A stretch of DNA of 56,874 nucleotides from Planctomycetia bacterium (GCA_016177915.1 JACOUI010000377.1:1-56874); one strand, 5' to 3'. Positions 24,726-32,182 are shown, counted from the first letter of the stretch. The notes: generated by a model from the letters alone, not told the origin. Program-made: numbers and translations.

Positions 24726-25661
24726 ATGAATTTCCGGGTTGTGCGAACAGTGCTGGGTCTCGTGCTGATCGCGGCGGCCGCCGCGAAGGGGCACGCTTTG
24801 GCCACCGACCCGGCTTGGGCGGACAGTCTGTCAAGCAATCCGTGGGTTGCACCGGGCGTCATTGAAGCGGAGTTTGCGTTCGGGGTCTGGCTGCTTTCGA
24901 ACCGCGCTCCGCGGATTACATGGTGCCTCATGGCGGCGTGTTTTCTAGTGCTCGCTGCTGTCGCCCTGACGGAGGCGACACGGGGGGCGGCGTCCTGCCG
25001 GTGCTTTGGCAAGGTAACGATTAGCCCGTGGTGGACGTTTGCGTTCGACGCGGCGGCGCTGGTTGCAATTGGGCTGTTTCGGCCGAGTCCCCCCGCGAGG
25101 GATGGCGAAACGAGCTGGTCGATGTCTCCACGGTTTGGCGGCGTGCTCTTTGGGGCGTGGCTCTTGGCCGCGGTGTCCGGCGGAACGGCGATTGCGGCGC
25201 TGCGCCCCGCGCCCGTGCCTGTCGAATCGGCCCGGGCTGACGACGCTCGAGCGGTGGTGCTGCGGCCCGAGCAGTGGATTGGAAAGCGGCTGCCTTTGCT
25301 GGCCCATGTTCCCAATGCCGCGGTGTTAGGGCGAGCCGACTGGGTGGTGGTGCTACACCGGCACGACTGTCCGCATTGTCAGGCACTGTCCGCACGGATT
25401 AGAGAAGTCGTTTCCGGCGACGCGCGCCGGGGATGCTTCCGTCGCGTGGCGCGGATCGAATTGCCGCCGCACCCGGCGCCCTCGGAGAGCGAGGAGCCAG
25501 GGCCGTGGCTTTCGGTGAGGCTGAGCGCGCGAAGGACGTGGCTAGGAACCACGCCCGCCATTCTGCTGATCCGCGACGCGGTGGTCCTGCGCGTCGTGGA
25601 CGACGTGCCGTCGATCGGCGACTTCGCACTGACTCCTCCTGCTGGGGAGGCGCTGCCATGA
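24726..25661 (+). CDS. MauE/DoxX-like membrane protein fused to a thioredoxin-fold domain (CPHC)
   Basis: 4-5 predicted TM helices with the MauE-type SCRCFG loop. The C-terminal domain has VVVLHRHDCPHCQAL, a thioredoxin CxxC that matches the DsbA-type CPHC. Confidence 0.75.
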   Translation: MNFRVVRTVLGLVLIAAAAAKGHALATDPAWADSLSSNPWVAPGVIEAEFAFGVWLLSNRAPRITWCLMAACFLVLAAVALTEATRGAASCRCFGKVTISPWWTFAFDAAALVAIGLFRPSPPARDGETSWSMSPRFGGVLFGAWLLAAVSGGTAIAALRPAPVPVESARADDARAVVLRPEQWIGKRLPLLAHVPNAAVLGRADWVVVLHRHDCPHCQALSARIREVVSGDARRGCFRRVARIELPPHPAPSESEEPGPWLSVRLSARRTWLGTTPAILLIRDAVVLRVVDDVPSIGDFALTPPAGEALP

Positions 25662-26224
25662 GTCGCCGTACTTCAGCCATCGGCGCCGGGTTGCTTCTTG
25701 TCGGCGTCGCGGCGTTTGACCTGATCTTCGTGTTCGCGTTTCCGGCGGCGCATCCATCCAAGGAGCGCGACGAGCCCCCGTCTGCACCGATCTCCGGCGG
25801 GAAGACGGTGCCCGGGCGGACGCAGGACTGCGGGGCGAAGAGCCTGTACGTCATTTGCAAGGCGCGCGGCGTGGCCACGTCGATGGAGGAGCTGCGGCGG
25901 TTGACGAGAACGACCGAAGAGGGGACGTCGATGCTCGACCTGAAGCACGCGGCGGGTGCGCTGGGCTTCACGGCCGAGCCCTATGAATTGTCGTTCGAGT
26001 CGCTGCGCCGGCACCTGGCGATCCCGGGCAACTACGCGATCCTGCACGCAAACACCAAGCACTTCTTTCCCGCCGTGGGGAGCAGCGGAAACAAGGTTCG
26101 CGTGTTGGATGCGGCGATTGGCATCGAGGAAGTGGATGAACGCATGTTGCGTTCTTCCCGGTATCGCTGGGAGGGCAAAGCGCTCCTCCTGACTCCGGTC
26201 GAAGAGCAAGCGTCCTCGCATTGA
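25658..26224 (+). CDS. Membrane-anchored stand-alone peptidase C39-like cysteine protease
   Basis: ATGA overlap with the previous gene. N-terminal MSRRTS plus TM AIGAGLLLVGVAAFDLIFVFAF. C39 motifs are QDCGAKSLYVICKARGV (Gln/Cys), AILHANTKHFFPAVG (His) and VRVLDAAIG (Asp). No ABC transporter domain. Confidence 0.75.
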   Translation: MSRRTSAIGAGLLLVGVAAFDLIFVFAFPAAHPSKERDEPPSAPISGGKTVPGRTQDCGAKSLYVICKARGVATSMEELRRLTRTTEEGTSMLDLKHAAGALGFTAEPYELSFESLRRHLAIPGNYAILHANTKHFFPAVGSSGNKVRVLDAAIGIEEVDERMLRSSRYRWEGKALLLTPVEEQASSH

Positions 26225-26234
26225 GGCGGCAGCC

Positions 26235-27278
26235 ATGATCAGTCGTTACAAATTAGCGGTCCTGACAACGTGTGTCGCGCTCTGCGGCTGCGCGGGCAGT
26301 GCCGACGTCGCGACGCAAGGCGGGCCGCGTAACGAAGCCCCGCCCGTCCAATTGGAATTCGAGCCGAAGACAATCGACCTAGGCGATTTGCCGATGGGCG
26401 CAGAGCGCGCGTTTAGCGCCAAGGTCGTCAATCGCACGGGCGCGACCGTGACGGTCCGCGACATGCTTCCGAATTGCCGATGCGCCAAAGTGGAACTGCC
26501 CGAGCGCGCTATCGCCCCCGGCCAAAGCGTTAGCCTGAAGGGGTCTTTTGTCGCGGGCGACGCGGCAGGCCTGGTACGTACGTACGTGGTCCTCGATGTG
26601 GAGGGAGGCCAGTACCCGCTGGAACTTCGCGCGAACGTCATCCGGCAGGTTTCGTGGTCGCCCGCAGTCGTCGTTCTGGCCCCGGACGTGGTAGCGGACG
26701 CGGCGGGCGAAGGCGCGTTTACGGTTACGAACGGGTCATCCGAGGCTGTATCGCTTTCTGAAGCGTCCAGCGAGCGCGTGGGCGCGTCACTCGTTTTGCC
26801 GCCCGATCCAATTGCGCCGGGTGCCTCCGCCCCGATCAGGGTTCGTTGCGGCCCCGGCGCCGTCCAGCCGCGCGATTTGACGGTCAGGGTACTCACGTCG
26901 CATCGCTTTGAGCAGAGATTGGACCTGCCCGTCCAGGTTCGCCCAAAGAGTACCGTCGAAGTGAAACCAGCCGCCATTCATTTCGGAGTCATCTCCAAAG
27001 ACGATCTGCTGAACCGTGAGCACATCGAGGTCGTCATGGACGGAGACGTGTTGGATTCGTACAAGTTTGAAGGCGTCGACACGCCACCCTACCTAAGGCT
27101 TAGCGGCTTTACGTCCATTGCCGCGCAAAGTCGGCGGATCGTCGACCTTGTCGTGCTCGACTCGTTTCGCGGCATCGACTTGGGGAGCACGCTCGCGTTC
27201 CGGTTCTCGCGGCGCGCGGGCGGGGCCGATTTGGTGGTCGAGCTTCCGATAAGCGGGTTCCTTGCCACATCCGAATAG
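26235..27278 (+). CDS. DUF1573 (Ig-like/ASH-type) domain protein, signal/lipoprotein-like N-terminus
   Basis: IDLGDLPMGAERAFSAKVVNRTGATVTVRDMLPNCRCAKVEL fits the DUF1573 pattern (G.v..g......f.v.N.G...l.i..v...C.C). N-terminal LAVLTTCVALCGCAGS. Confidence 0.75.
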   Translation: MISRYKLAVLTTCVALCGCAGSADVATQGGPRNEAPPVQLEFEPKTIDLGDLPMGAERAFSAKVVNRTGATVTVRDMLPNCRCAKVELPERAIAPGQSVSLKGSFVAGDAAGLVRTYVVLDVEGGQYPLELRANVIRQVSWSPAVVVLAPDVVADAAGEGAFTVTNGSSEAVSLSEASSERVGASLVLPPDPIAPGASAPIRVRCGPGAVQPRDLTVRVLTSHRFEQRLDLPVQVRPKSTVEVKPAAIHFGVISKDDLLNREHIEVVMDGDVLDSYKFEGVDTPPYLRLSGFTSIAAQSRRIVDLVVLDSFRGIDLGSTLAFRFSRRAGGADLVVELPISGFLATSE

Positions 27279-27325
27279 TCAGATTCGGCAACTTCAACTG
27301 ACTCGAACCTAGAGAGGAGCTTTCC

Positions 27326-27808
27326 ATGCGGCGCGTTACGATGCTCGTGTTGTTGATTCTCGTGGCTTGCGTCCTTAGCGCGTCCGCACCGTCTGCTCTC
27401 CGCGAGACTCCTGGCAGGCCCTTGGCCGCCGCGGAGGCCGCCGCGCTTCGCGGATCGCAGACTGGCGCCCACTGGTGCAATCAGTTCCCCGCCTGCGACT
27501 TTCCGCCTACCGGTTCGTGCCCTGGAGGCACAGTCCTCTGTGAGGGCAAGCAGCCCAATCAAAAGTGCGCTTCCCCGCTCGACCTCATCTATTGGGACCG
27601 TCCAGAGGAGTGCAATCCCGAGTCGGGACATCAGTATTGCTCAGTGTACCAATATAGGCAGGTGCTCTGTCGGACATTCATGGACTGTCTCTGCGACTAC
27701 GTCGACGAGGAGCTGACGTGCAGCAAGCAAGCCCCGGCCAACACTACCTGTAAGAACATCCTGCTCGACCCGTGTACGTGCTCCTTTACGCCGTGTCCAG
27801 GCAGTTGA
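27326..27808 (+). CDS. Cys-rich secreted/lipoprotein-like small protein (160 aa, 16 Cys)
   Basis: AGGAG lies 6 nt upstream of ATG 27326. N-terminal MRRVTMLVLLILVAC is a lipobox-like LVAC. It is followed by PLAAAEAAALRGS and a 116-aa region with 15 Cys. No homologue recognised. Confidence 0.65.
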   Translation: MRRVTMLVLLILVACVLSASAPSALRETPGRPLAAAEAAALRGSQTGAHWCNQFPACDFPPTGSCPGGTVLCEGKQPNQKCASPLDLIYWDRPEECNPESGHQYCSVYQYRQVLCRTFMDCLCDYVDEELTCSKQAPANTTCKNILLDPCTCSFTPCPGS

Positions 27809-27909
27809 TCGCGCGCTGACAGTCCGCCTTGCAATCACTCGGAGACATCTGCACGTCAGTCAGCAGGCAGGCACGCCCGTCACCGGAGCCACATTCTCAT
27901 CTCTTACTC

Positions 27910-29025
27910 ATGGAGCGGCGACAGTTCATTATGCGCAACAGAGTTCTTCTGGTCACTGCGTGCATGTTGTTGGCCATGACGAGCCGCATCGCCACTGGCG
28001 ACGACGGCTTGGCCATGGCGGTCGAAGCATGGAAGGCGTCTTCAACAGCCGTGACCTCCGGCGAGGGTACTGGGACGTTCCTGTACGAAAAGCGCAACAC
28101 GCCAACCGGACCGTGGAAAACCATCACCGACGCGCGCGTGTCTGTCTTCTTCGACAAGGAGAAATACCACATTCGGATGGAGTGCTCTAAGGAATGGCTT
28201 GGAGCCCGACGACGCATCATCATTCACGACGGATCTGCGATCTTCAGCAGCCGGTTCGTGACGGGAGCTCAACCCGTTGATGGCCAGGGTGAAGTGTTCC
28301 TCAACCGGAACGTCGGGGGAATGGTACGGCCCGAAGCCGCAGGCGTGCCGTGGGACGTGAGTAGACTTCCCTACAGTCTCGGCAATCTTCCCTTGATGGT
28401 GAAGAAGGTCGGCGCGGAGAACATCGCGGTGACGCGAACAGCGGAGGGCGACTACATTCTATCGCACGCGGTAGTCAATAGCCCCAACGTACGGGTGGAG
28501 CGCCACTGCCTGCGTCAGTACGGGTACAACATCGGTATCAAACGGTTACTAACCGTGGGGCAGGACACGCCGACTCAGGAGTTCAACGCCACATGGAAGA
28601 AAGCGGGGCACGTCTGGTACATTGCATCCATTGAAGAGAATTCGACCGTAAAAGACACCGAGTCTGAAACCGTCTACCACCGGTGGAAGTTGAGCTACGA
28701 CAACTTCACTCCCAACGCCGCGGTTCCCGCGAGCCGTTTCAGCTTCGCCGCGCTGGAGCTTCCCGGGGGAGCGCGCATCCTCGATCACAGGCCCGCGACG
28801 GCGGCACCCATTCGGTACGTTCCGGTGAAGGATGCGGAGATGGAAGCGAAAATGGACAGCCTGGTCGAGCAGCTCAACAGCCTGCCTTCCACGCGGCCCA
28901 AGCGCGGGGAGGTCGAAGGCGCCGAAGGCAGCATCCGCTGGTGGGTGTTCGGGGCGGTCAATGCTCTTGTCGCCATTACGGTCATCGTCTTGCTCGTGCG
29001 CATGCGCCGTCGCAAGACCGCCTGA
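27910..29025 (+). CDS. Secreted protein with C-terminal TM anchor and Arg-rich tail (hypothetical)
   Basis: ATG 27910 or 27931. Signal-like MRNRVLLVTACMLLAMTSRIATG. C-terminus WWVFGAVNALVAITVIVLLVRMRRRKTA. The middle may be a LolA-like beta fold (weak impression only). Confidence 0.65.
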   Translation: MERRQFIMRNRVLLVTACMLLAMTSRIATGDDGLAMAVEAWKASSTAVTSGEGTGTFLYEKRNTPTGPWKTITDARVSVFFDKEKYHIRMECSKEWLGARRRIIIHDGSAIFSSRFVTGAQPVDGQGEVFLNRNVGGMVRPEAAGVPWDVSRLPYSLGNLPLMVKKVGAENIAVTRTAEGDYILSHAVVNSPNVRVERHCLRQYGYNIGIKRLLTVGQDTPTQEFNATWKKAGHVWYIASIEENSTVKDTESETVYHRWKLSYDNFTPNAAVPASRFSFAALELPGGARILDHRPATAAPIRYVPVKDAEMEAKMDSLVEQLNSLPSTRPKRGEVEGAEGSIRWWVFGAVNALVAITVIVLLVRMRRRKTA

Positions 29026-29080
29026 AGCGGACCCGCGGAAGTCCTTGGGCGGCGATCGCGCCCGGAACCCCCCACCCCAA

Positions 29081-29104
29081 CCCTCCCCCACAAGGGGGGG
29101 AGGG
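29081..29104 (+). terminator. Hairpin CCCTCCCCC-ACAAGG-GGGGGAGGG after gene 27910..29025
   Basis: 9-bp stem 55 nt after the stop. No U tract. It lies inside the cluster, so it is possibly an attenuator or processing site rather than a full terminator. Confidence 0.3.
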
Positions 29105-29129
29105 GGCAAGAGGAGCGGAAGATCAGCCG

Positions 29130-30374
29130 ATGAACGGCCGCGCACGCTCTACTTGGCAGTGGGTTGTTTGGGCCGCCGGTCACTACCTGACAAGCTGCGT
29201 GGTCTTTGTCGCCGTCTGGATCGGAGTCTTCGTCGCTCCGTCAGTGCGCGCCCCGCGGAGCTACCTGGGCGGCTTTGTCCAGATCGACGGGATATCGCAC
29301 GAGGAACTCGTCACGCGCGGCTACGCCGACGCCCCGAGAACTGCGGCGCGCTTTCCCGCGTACATTGTGCTGTCTTGGGCCGTCGAGCGGCTCACCGGCG
29401 CGAGCGCGGCCCTGGCACTCGTCCTGACGGCGAACGCCTGCTTTTTGGCGGCGCTGATCGTGTTGGCCAAGTACCTTGCCGAGCGCCGGAGAGTTGAAGG
29501 CGGCGTCGCTGGGCCTCCGCAGCGCGTCGACCTGACGCTCTTGGCGCTGGGCCTGTGGCCATTCTCGCTCTTTTTTCGAATGGCCTACACCGAGTCGCTG
29601 TTCCTGCTCTGTGCGATCGTGTCGATGTACGCCATCGAGCGCCGCTGGCCCGCGTGGGCGATCGCGCTCGTCGTCGGCCTGACGACTGCCACTCGGCCCG
29701 TTGGCGTCGCTCTCGTCGCGGTGTTTGCGATGCACCTCTGGCAGGAATCCCGCCGTAATGCGCTGAGATCACCGGCCCGATCGTTGCGCTCTTTCGTCCC
29801 GCGCGCGGCGCTTTGGCTGCCGCTCTCCTGCTGGGGACTCATCGCCTACATGGCCTATCTGCACCTCCAGTTTGGCGACGCCTTCGCCTTCGCCCACGCC
29901 CAGGACATGTGGGTGCGCCGCGCCACTTACTGGCCCGAAAAAATCGTGCCGCTCGTGGCGCTGGAGCCGCTGTGGTCCCCGTACGTCCACGGCGCCACGA
30001 CCTATTGGCGCAGTTACGACTCGGGCAATAACCCACTCTTGAGCTTCGGCTTCGTGAACCCCATCGTCTTCGTTCTCACCGTGGCGGCGGTCGTGACGGG
30101 CGCGATCAAGAAGTGGCTGAACGGCCGCGAGCTTTTGCTGTGCGGTCTGCTCCTGGGCATCCCGTACGTGACGATGGCCTACGACAACATCATGCTGGGC
30201 CAAGCGCGCTTCGCGTCGGTGGTTTTTCCCGCGTACATCGTCCTGGGGCGCTTGCTTCGGCGCCTGCCACCGTGGGCGATCGCCGTCTTTTTCGTCCTCT
30301 GCGCCCTGCTCCTTGGCTTTTACTCCGCCCTGTTTGCCGGGGGGTACGGTCAGACGTGCAGGGTGCTTTACTGA
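29130..30374 (+). CDS. Polytopic membrane protein, GT-C / PIG-V-like mannosyltransferase family
   Basis: ATG 29130 within ORF 28683..30374. Many TM helices. FFRMAYTESLFLLCAIVSMY and the overall layout resemble PIG-V/GT-C glycosyltransferases. Confidence 0.65.
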   Translation: MNGRARSTWQWVVWAAGHYLTSCVVFVAVWIGVFVAPSVRAPRSYLGGFVQIDGISHEELVTRGYADAPRTAARFPAYIVLSWAVERLTGASAALALVLTANACFLAALIVLAKYLAERRRVEGGVAGPPQRVDLTLLALGLWPFSLFFRMAYTESLFLLCAIVSMYAIERRWPAWAIALVVGLTTATRPVGVALVAVFAMHLWQESRRNALRSPARSLRSFVPRAALWLPLSCWGLIAYMAYLHLQFGDAFAFAHAQDMWVRRATYWPEKIVPLVALEPLWSPYVHGATTYWRSYDSGNNPLLSFGFVNPIVFVLTVAAVVTGAIKKWLNGRELLLCGLLLGIPYVTMAYDNIMLGQARFASVVFPAYIVLGRLLRRLPPWAIAVFFVLCALLLGFYSALFAGGYGQTCRVLY

Positions 30375-30485
30375 CGGCGAACTGCGCTGCTGGCAGAATC
30401 TTGGCGGCAGCTATCAGACGCAATTGCAGTCGCAAGACAATCCGCTTCATAAGCTTGTGCTCGGCGGATCGACTCAGAATACCGA

Positions 30486-30513
30486 TTGACAACGGCCGAT
30501 GAATTGGTAGATT
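30486..30513 (+). promoter_or_regulatory. Sigma-70-like promoter candidate (TTGACA-16-TAGATT) upstream of the DUF1501 gene
   Basis: Perfect -35. About 100 nt before ATG 30617. Confidence 0.3.
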
Positions 30514-30616
30514 TAGGATTGCATCAACGTGCGCCGATCCGTTCGCAAGCGAGCGGTCGCACTGGCGACACGCCAGTGGCACGCGTGAGCTACGCACCAC
30601 GGACAAGGAACGAGCC

Positions 30617-31963
30617 ATGCTGTCCATCTACGGTCCGGCGACCCGCTACTGCGACGGCATCTCCCGCCGCAGCTTCCTGAAGATCGGCAGCTTCGTCATG
30701 GGCGGGATGGCCAGCCTCTCGCTGCCGCAGATTCTGCGGGCCGAGTCGGCCTCCGGCAGGCGCTCGTCGCACAAGGCGGTGATCAACATCTTCCTCGGTG
30801 GCGGCCCGCCGCACCAGGACCTGTGGGACATCAAGACCGAGGCCCCGGTCGAAATCCGCGGCGAGTTCCAGCCCATCGACACGAAAGTGCCCGGCATTCA
30901 AATTGGCGAGGTCTTCCCCAAGATCGCCGCCCTGGCCGACAAGGCCGTCTTTGTGCGCTCGGTCGTCGGCTGCCCAGACCGGCACGAGGCCTTCCACTGT
31001 TACACGGGCTGGACGCAGGAATCGCTGCGCTCGCTGGGCGGGCGGCCGAGCATCGGTGCGGCCCTCGCCAGGCTCAAGGGCCCCGTCGATCGCAGCGTGC
31101 CGCCGTTCGTCGGCTTGGCCGCGCGTACGCAGCACTCGCCCTGGTCCGATGCCGGCACCACCGGCTTTTTGGGCGCGGCCTACAGCCCCTTCAAGCCCGA
31201 GGGCGAAACGCGCAACGACCTCACGCTCAACGGGATCAGCGCCGACCGCCTGGGCGACCGGCAGGCCCTGCTCACCAGCCTGGACAACCTCAAGCGCGAG
31301 GCGGACAGTTCCGGCATGATCGACGGCATGGACGCCTTCACCCAGGCGGCCTTCGGCGTGCTCACGTCGAGCAAGCTCCTGGAGGCGATGGACCTCCGCA
31401 AGGAAGACCCGAAGGTCATCGATCGCTACGGCACGGGCAAGCCCTACAACTACCAGTTCGACGGCGCCCCGACCTGCAACGACCAGCTTCTGATGGCCCG
31501 GCGGCTGGTGGAGGCGGGCGTCCGCTGCGTGACGCTGACGTTCGGCCGCTGGGACAGCCACGGCGACAACTTCAAGCTCGTCCGCGACCACGGCGGCAAG
31601 CTCGACCAGTGCGTGAGCGCCCTGGTGCAGGACCTCGACGAGCGGGGCATGTTGCGCGACGTGACCGTGGCCGTGTGGGGCGAGTTCGGCCGCACGCCGC
31701 GCATCAACGGCGGCCGCGGCCGCGACCACTGGCCGCAGGTGAGCTGCGCGTTGCTCTTGGGCGGCGGGATGCGGACGGGCCAGGTGATCGGCTCGACGAA
31801 CCGCCTGGGCGAGCACGCGGACGACCGCCCGGTCCACTTCCAGGAGATCGTGAGCACGATCTACCACAACCTGGGGATCGACACGCAGCGGACGGCGATC
31901 GTGGACCCGACGGGCCGGCCGCAGTATCTGGTCGAGCGGCCGCCGATGCGGGAAGTGGTGTAA
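30617..31963 (+). CDS. DUF1501 domain protein (sulfatase-like fold, Tat-type signal)
   Basis: SRRSFLKIGSFVMGGMASL twin-arginine-like N-terminus; GRWDSHGDNF and GRDHWPQV motifs typical of DUF1501. Confidence 0.9.
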   Translation: MLSIYGPATRYCDGISRRSFLKIGSFVMGGMASLSLPQILRAESASGRRSSHKAVINIFLGGGPPHQDLWDIKTEAPVEIRGEFQPIDTKVPGIQIGEVFPKIAALADKAVFVRSVVGCPDRHEAFHCYTGWTQESLRSLGGRPSIGAALARLKGPVDRSVPPFVGLAARTQHSPWSDAGTTGFLGAAYSPFKPEGETRNDLTLNGISADRLGDRQALLTSLDNLKREADSSGMIDGMDAFTQAAFGVLTSSKLLEAMDLRKEDPKVIDRYGTGKPYNYQFDGAPTCNDQLLMARRLVEAGVRCVTLTFGRWDSHGDNFKLVRDHGGKLDQCVSALVQDLDERGMLRDVTVAVWGEFGRTPRINGGRGRDHWPQVSCALLLGGGMRTGQVIGSTNRLGEHADDRPVHFQEIVSTIYHNLGIDTQRTAIVDPTGRPQYLVERPPMREVV

Positions 31964-32016
31964 CGTAGGGCAAGCGGCCCGTCTGCGTTCGCGTAGTAGG
32001 CACACTCCGTTGTGGC
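31964..32016. repeat. Degenerate REP-like units CGTAGGGCAAGCGGCCCGTCTGC and CGTAGTAGGCACACTCCGTTGTGGC
   Basis: Starts immediately after the DUF1501 TAA stop. These are mutated copies of the two palindromes seen at 100-151. Confidence 0.65.
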
Positions 32017-32116
32017 GTAGTGCTCGTCGGCGCCTCGCCCGCCAAGGCCGTCGTCGTTTCTCCTCGCGGTCGCAAAGCCGCCGCACCTCCGCGCGCCCCG
32101 TCGGCCACGTTGGGCC

Positions 32117-32144
32117 TTGATGGTGTAAGCATATATGCTATCAT
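32117..32144 (+). promoter_or_regulatory. Promoter candidate (TTGATG-16-TATCAT) with embedded 12-bp palindrome AGCATATATGCT (32128-32139)
   Basis: An AT-rich perfect palindrome occupies the spacer, which is an operator-like layout. About 40 nt upstream of TTG 32183. Confidence 0.35.
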
Positions 32145-32182
32145 TCAATTGTGGATGCGATCGCGACCGACGAAGGTGAACC

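Noticed and set aside
21246-26224. Class II bacteriocin or type I secretion exporter, given HlyD plus C39.
   Set aside because: There is no ABC transporter ATPase or permease anywhere in the window. The C39 domain is a separate anchored protein, and HlyD is on the opposite strand.
24726-27808. Methylamine dehydrogenase (mau) operon, given MauE-like, MauD-like and Cys-rich small protein genes.
   Set aside because: No MauB-like propeller large subunit, MauG di-haem peroxidase, MauF or amicyanin gene is present. The Cys-rich protein shows no convincing similarity to MauA. Only the maturation logic is analogous.
28683-29129. Upstream 149 codons of ORF 28683..30374.
   Set aside because: This part overlaps the 3' end of gene 27910..29025 and the CCCTCCCCC hairpin. 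The hydrophobic membrane protein begins at ATG 29130.
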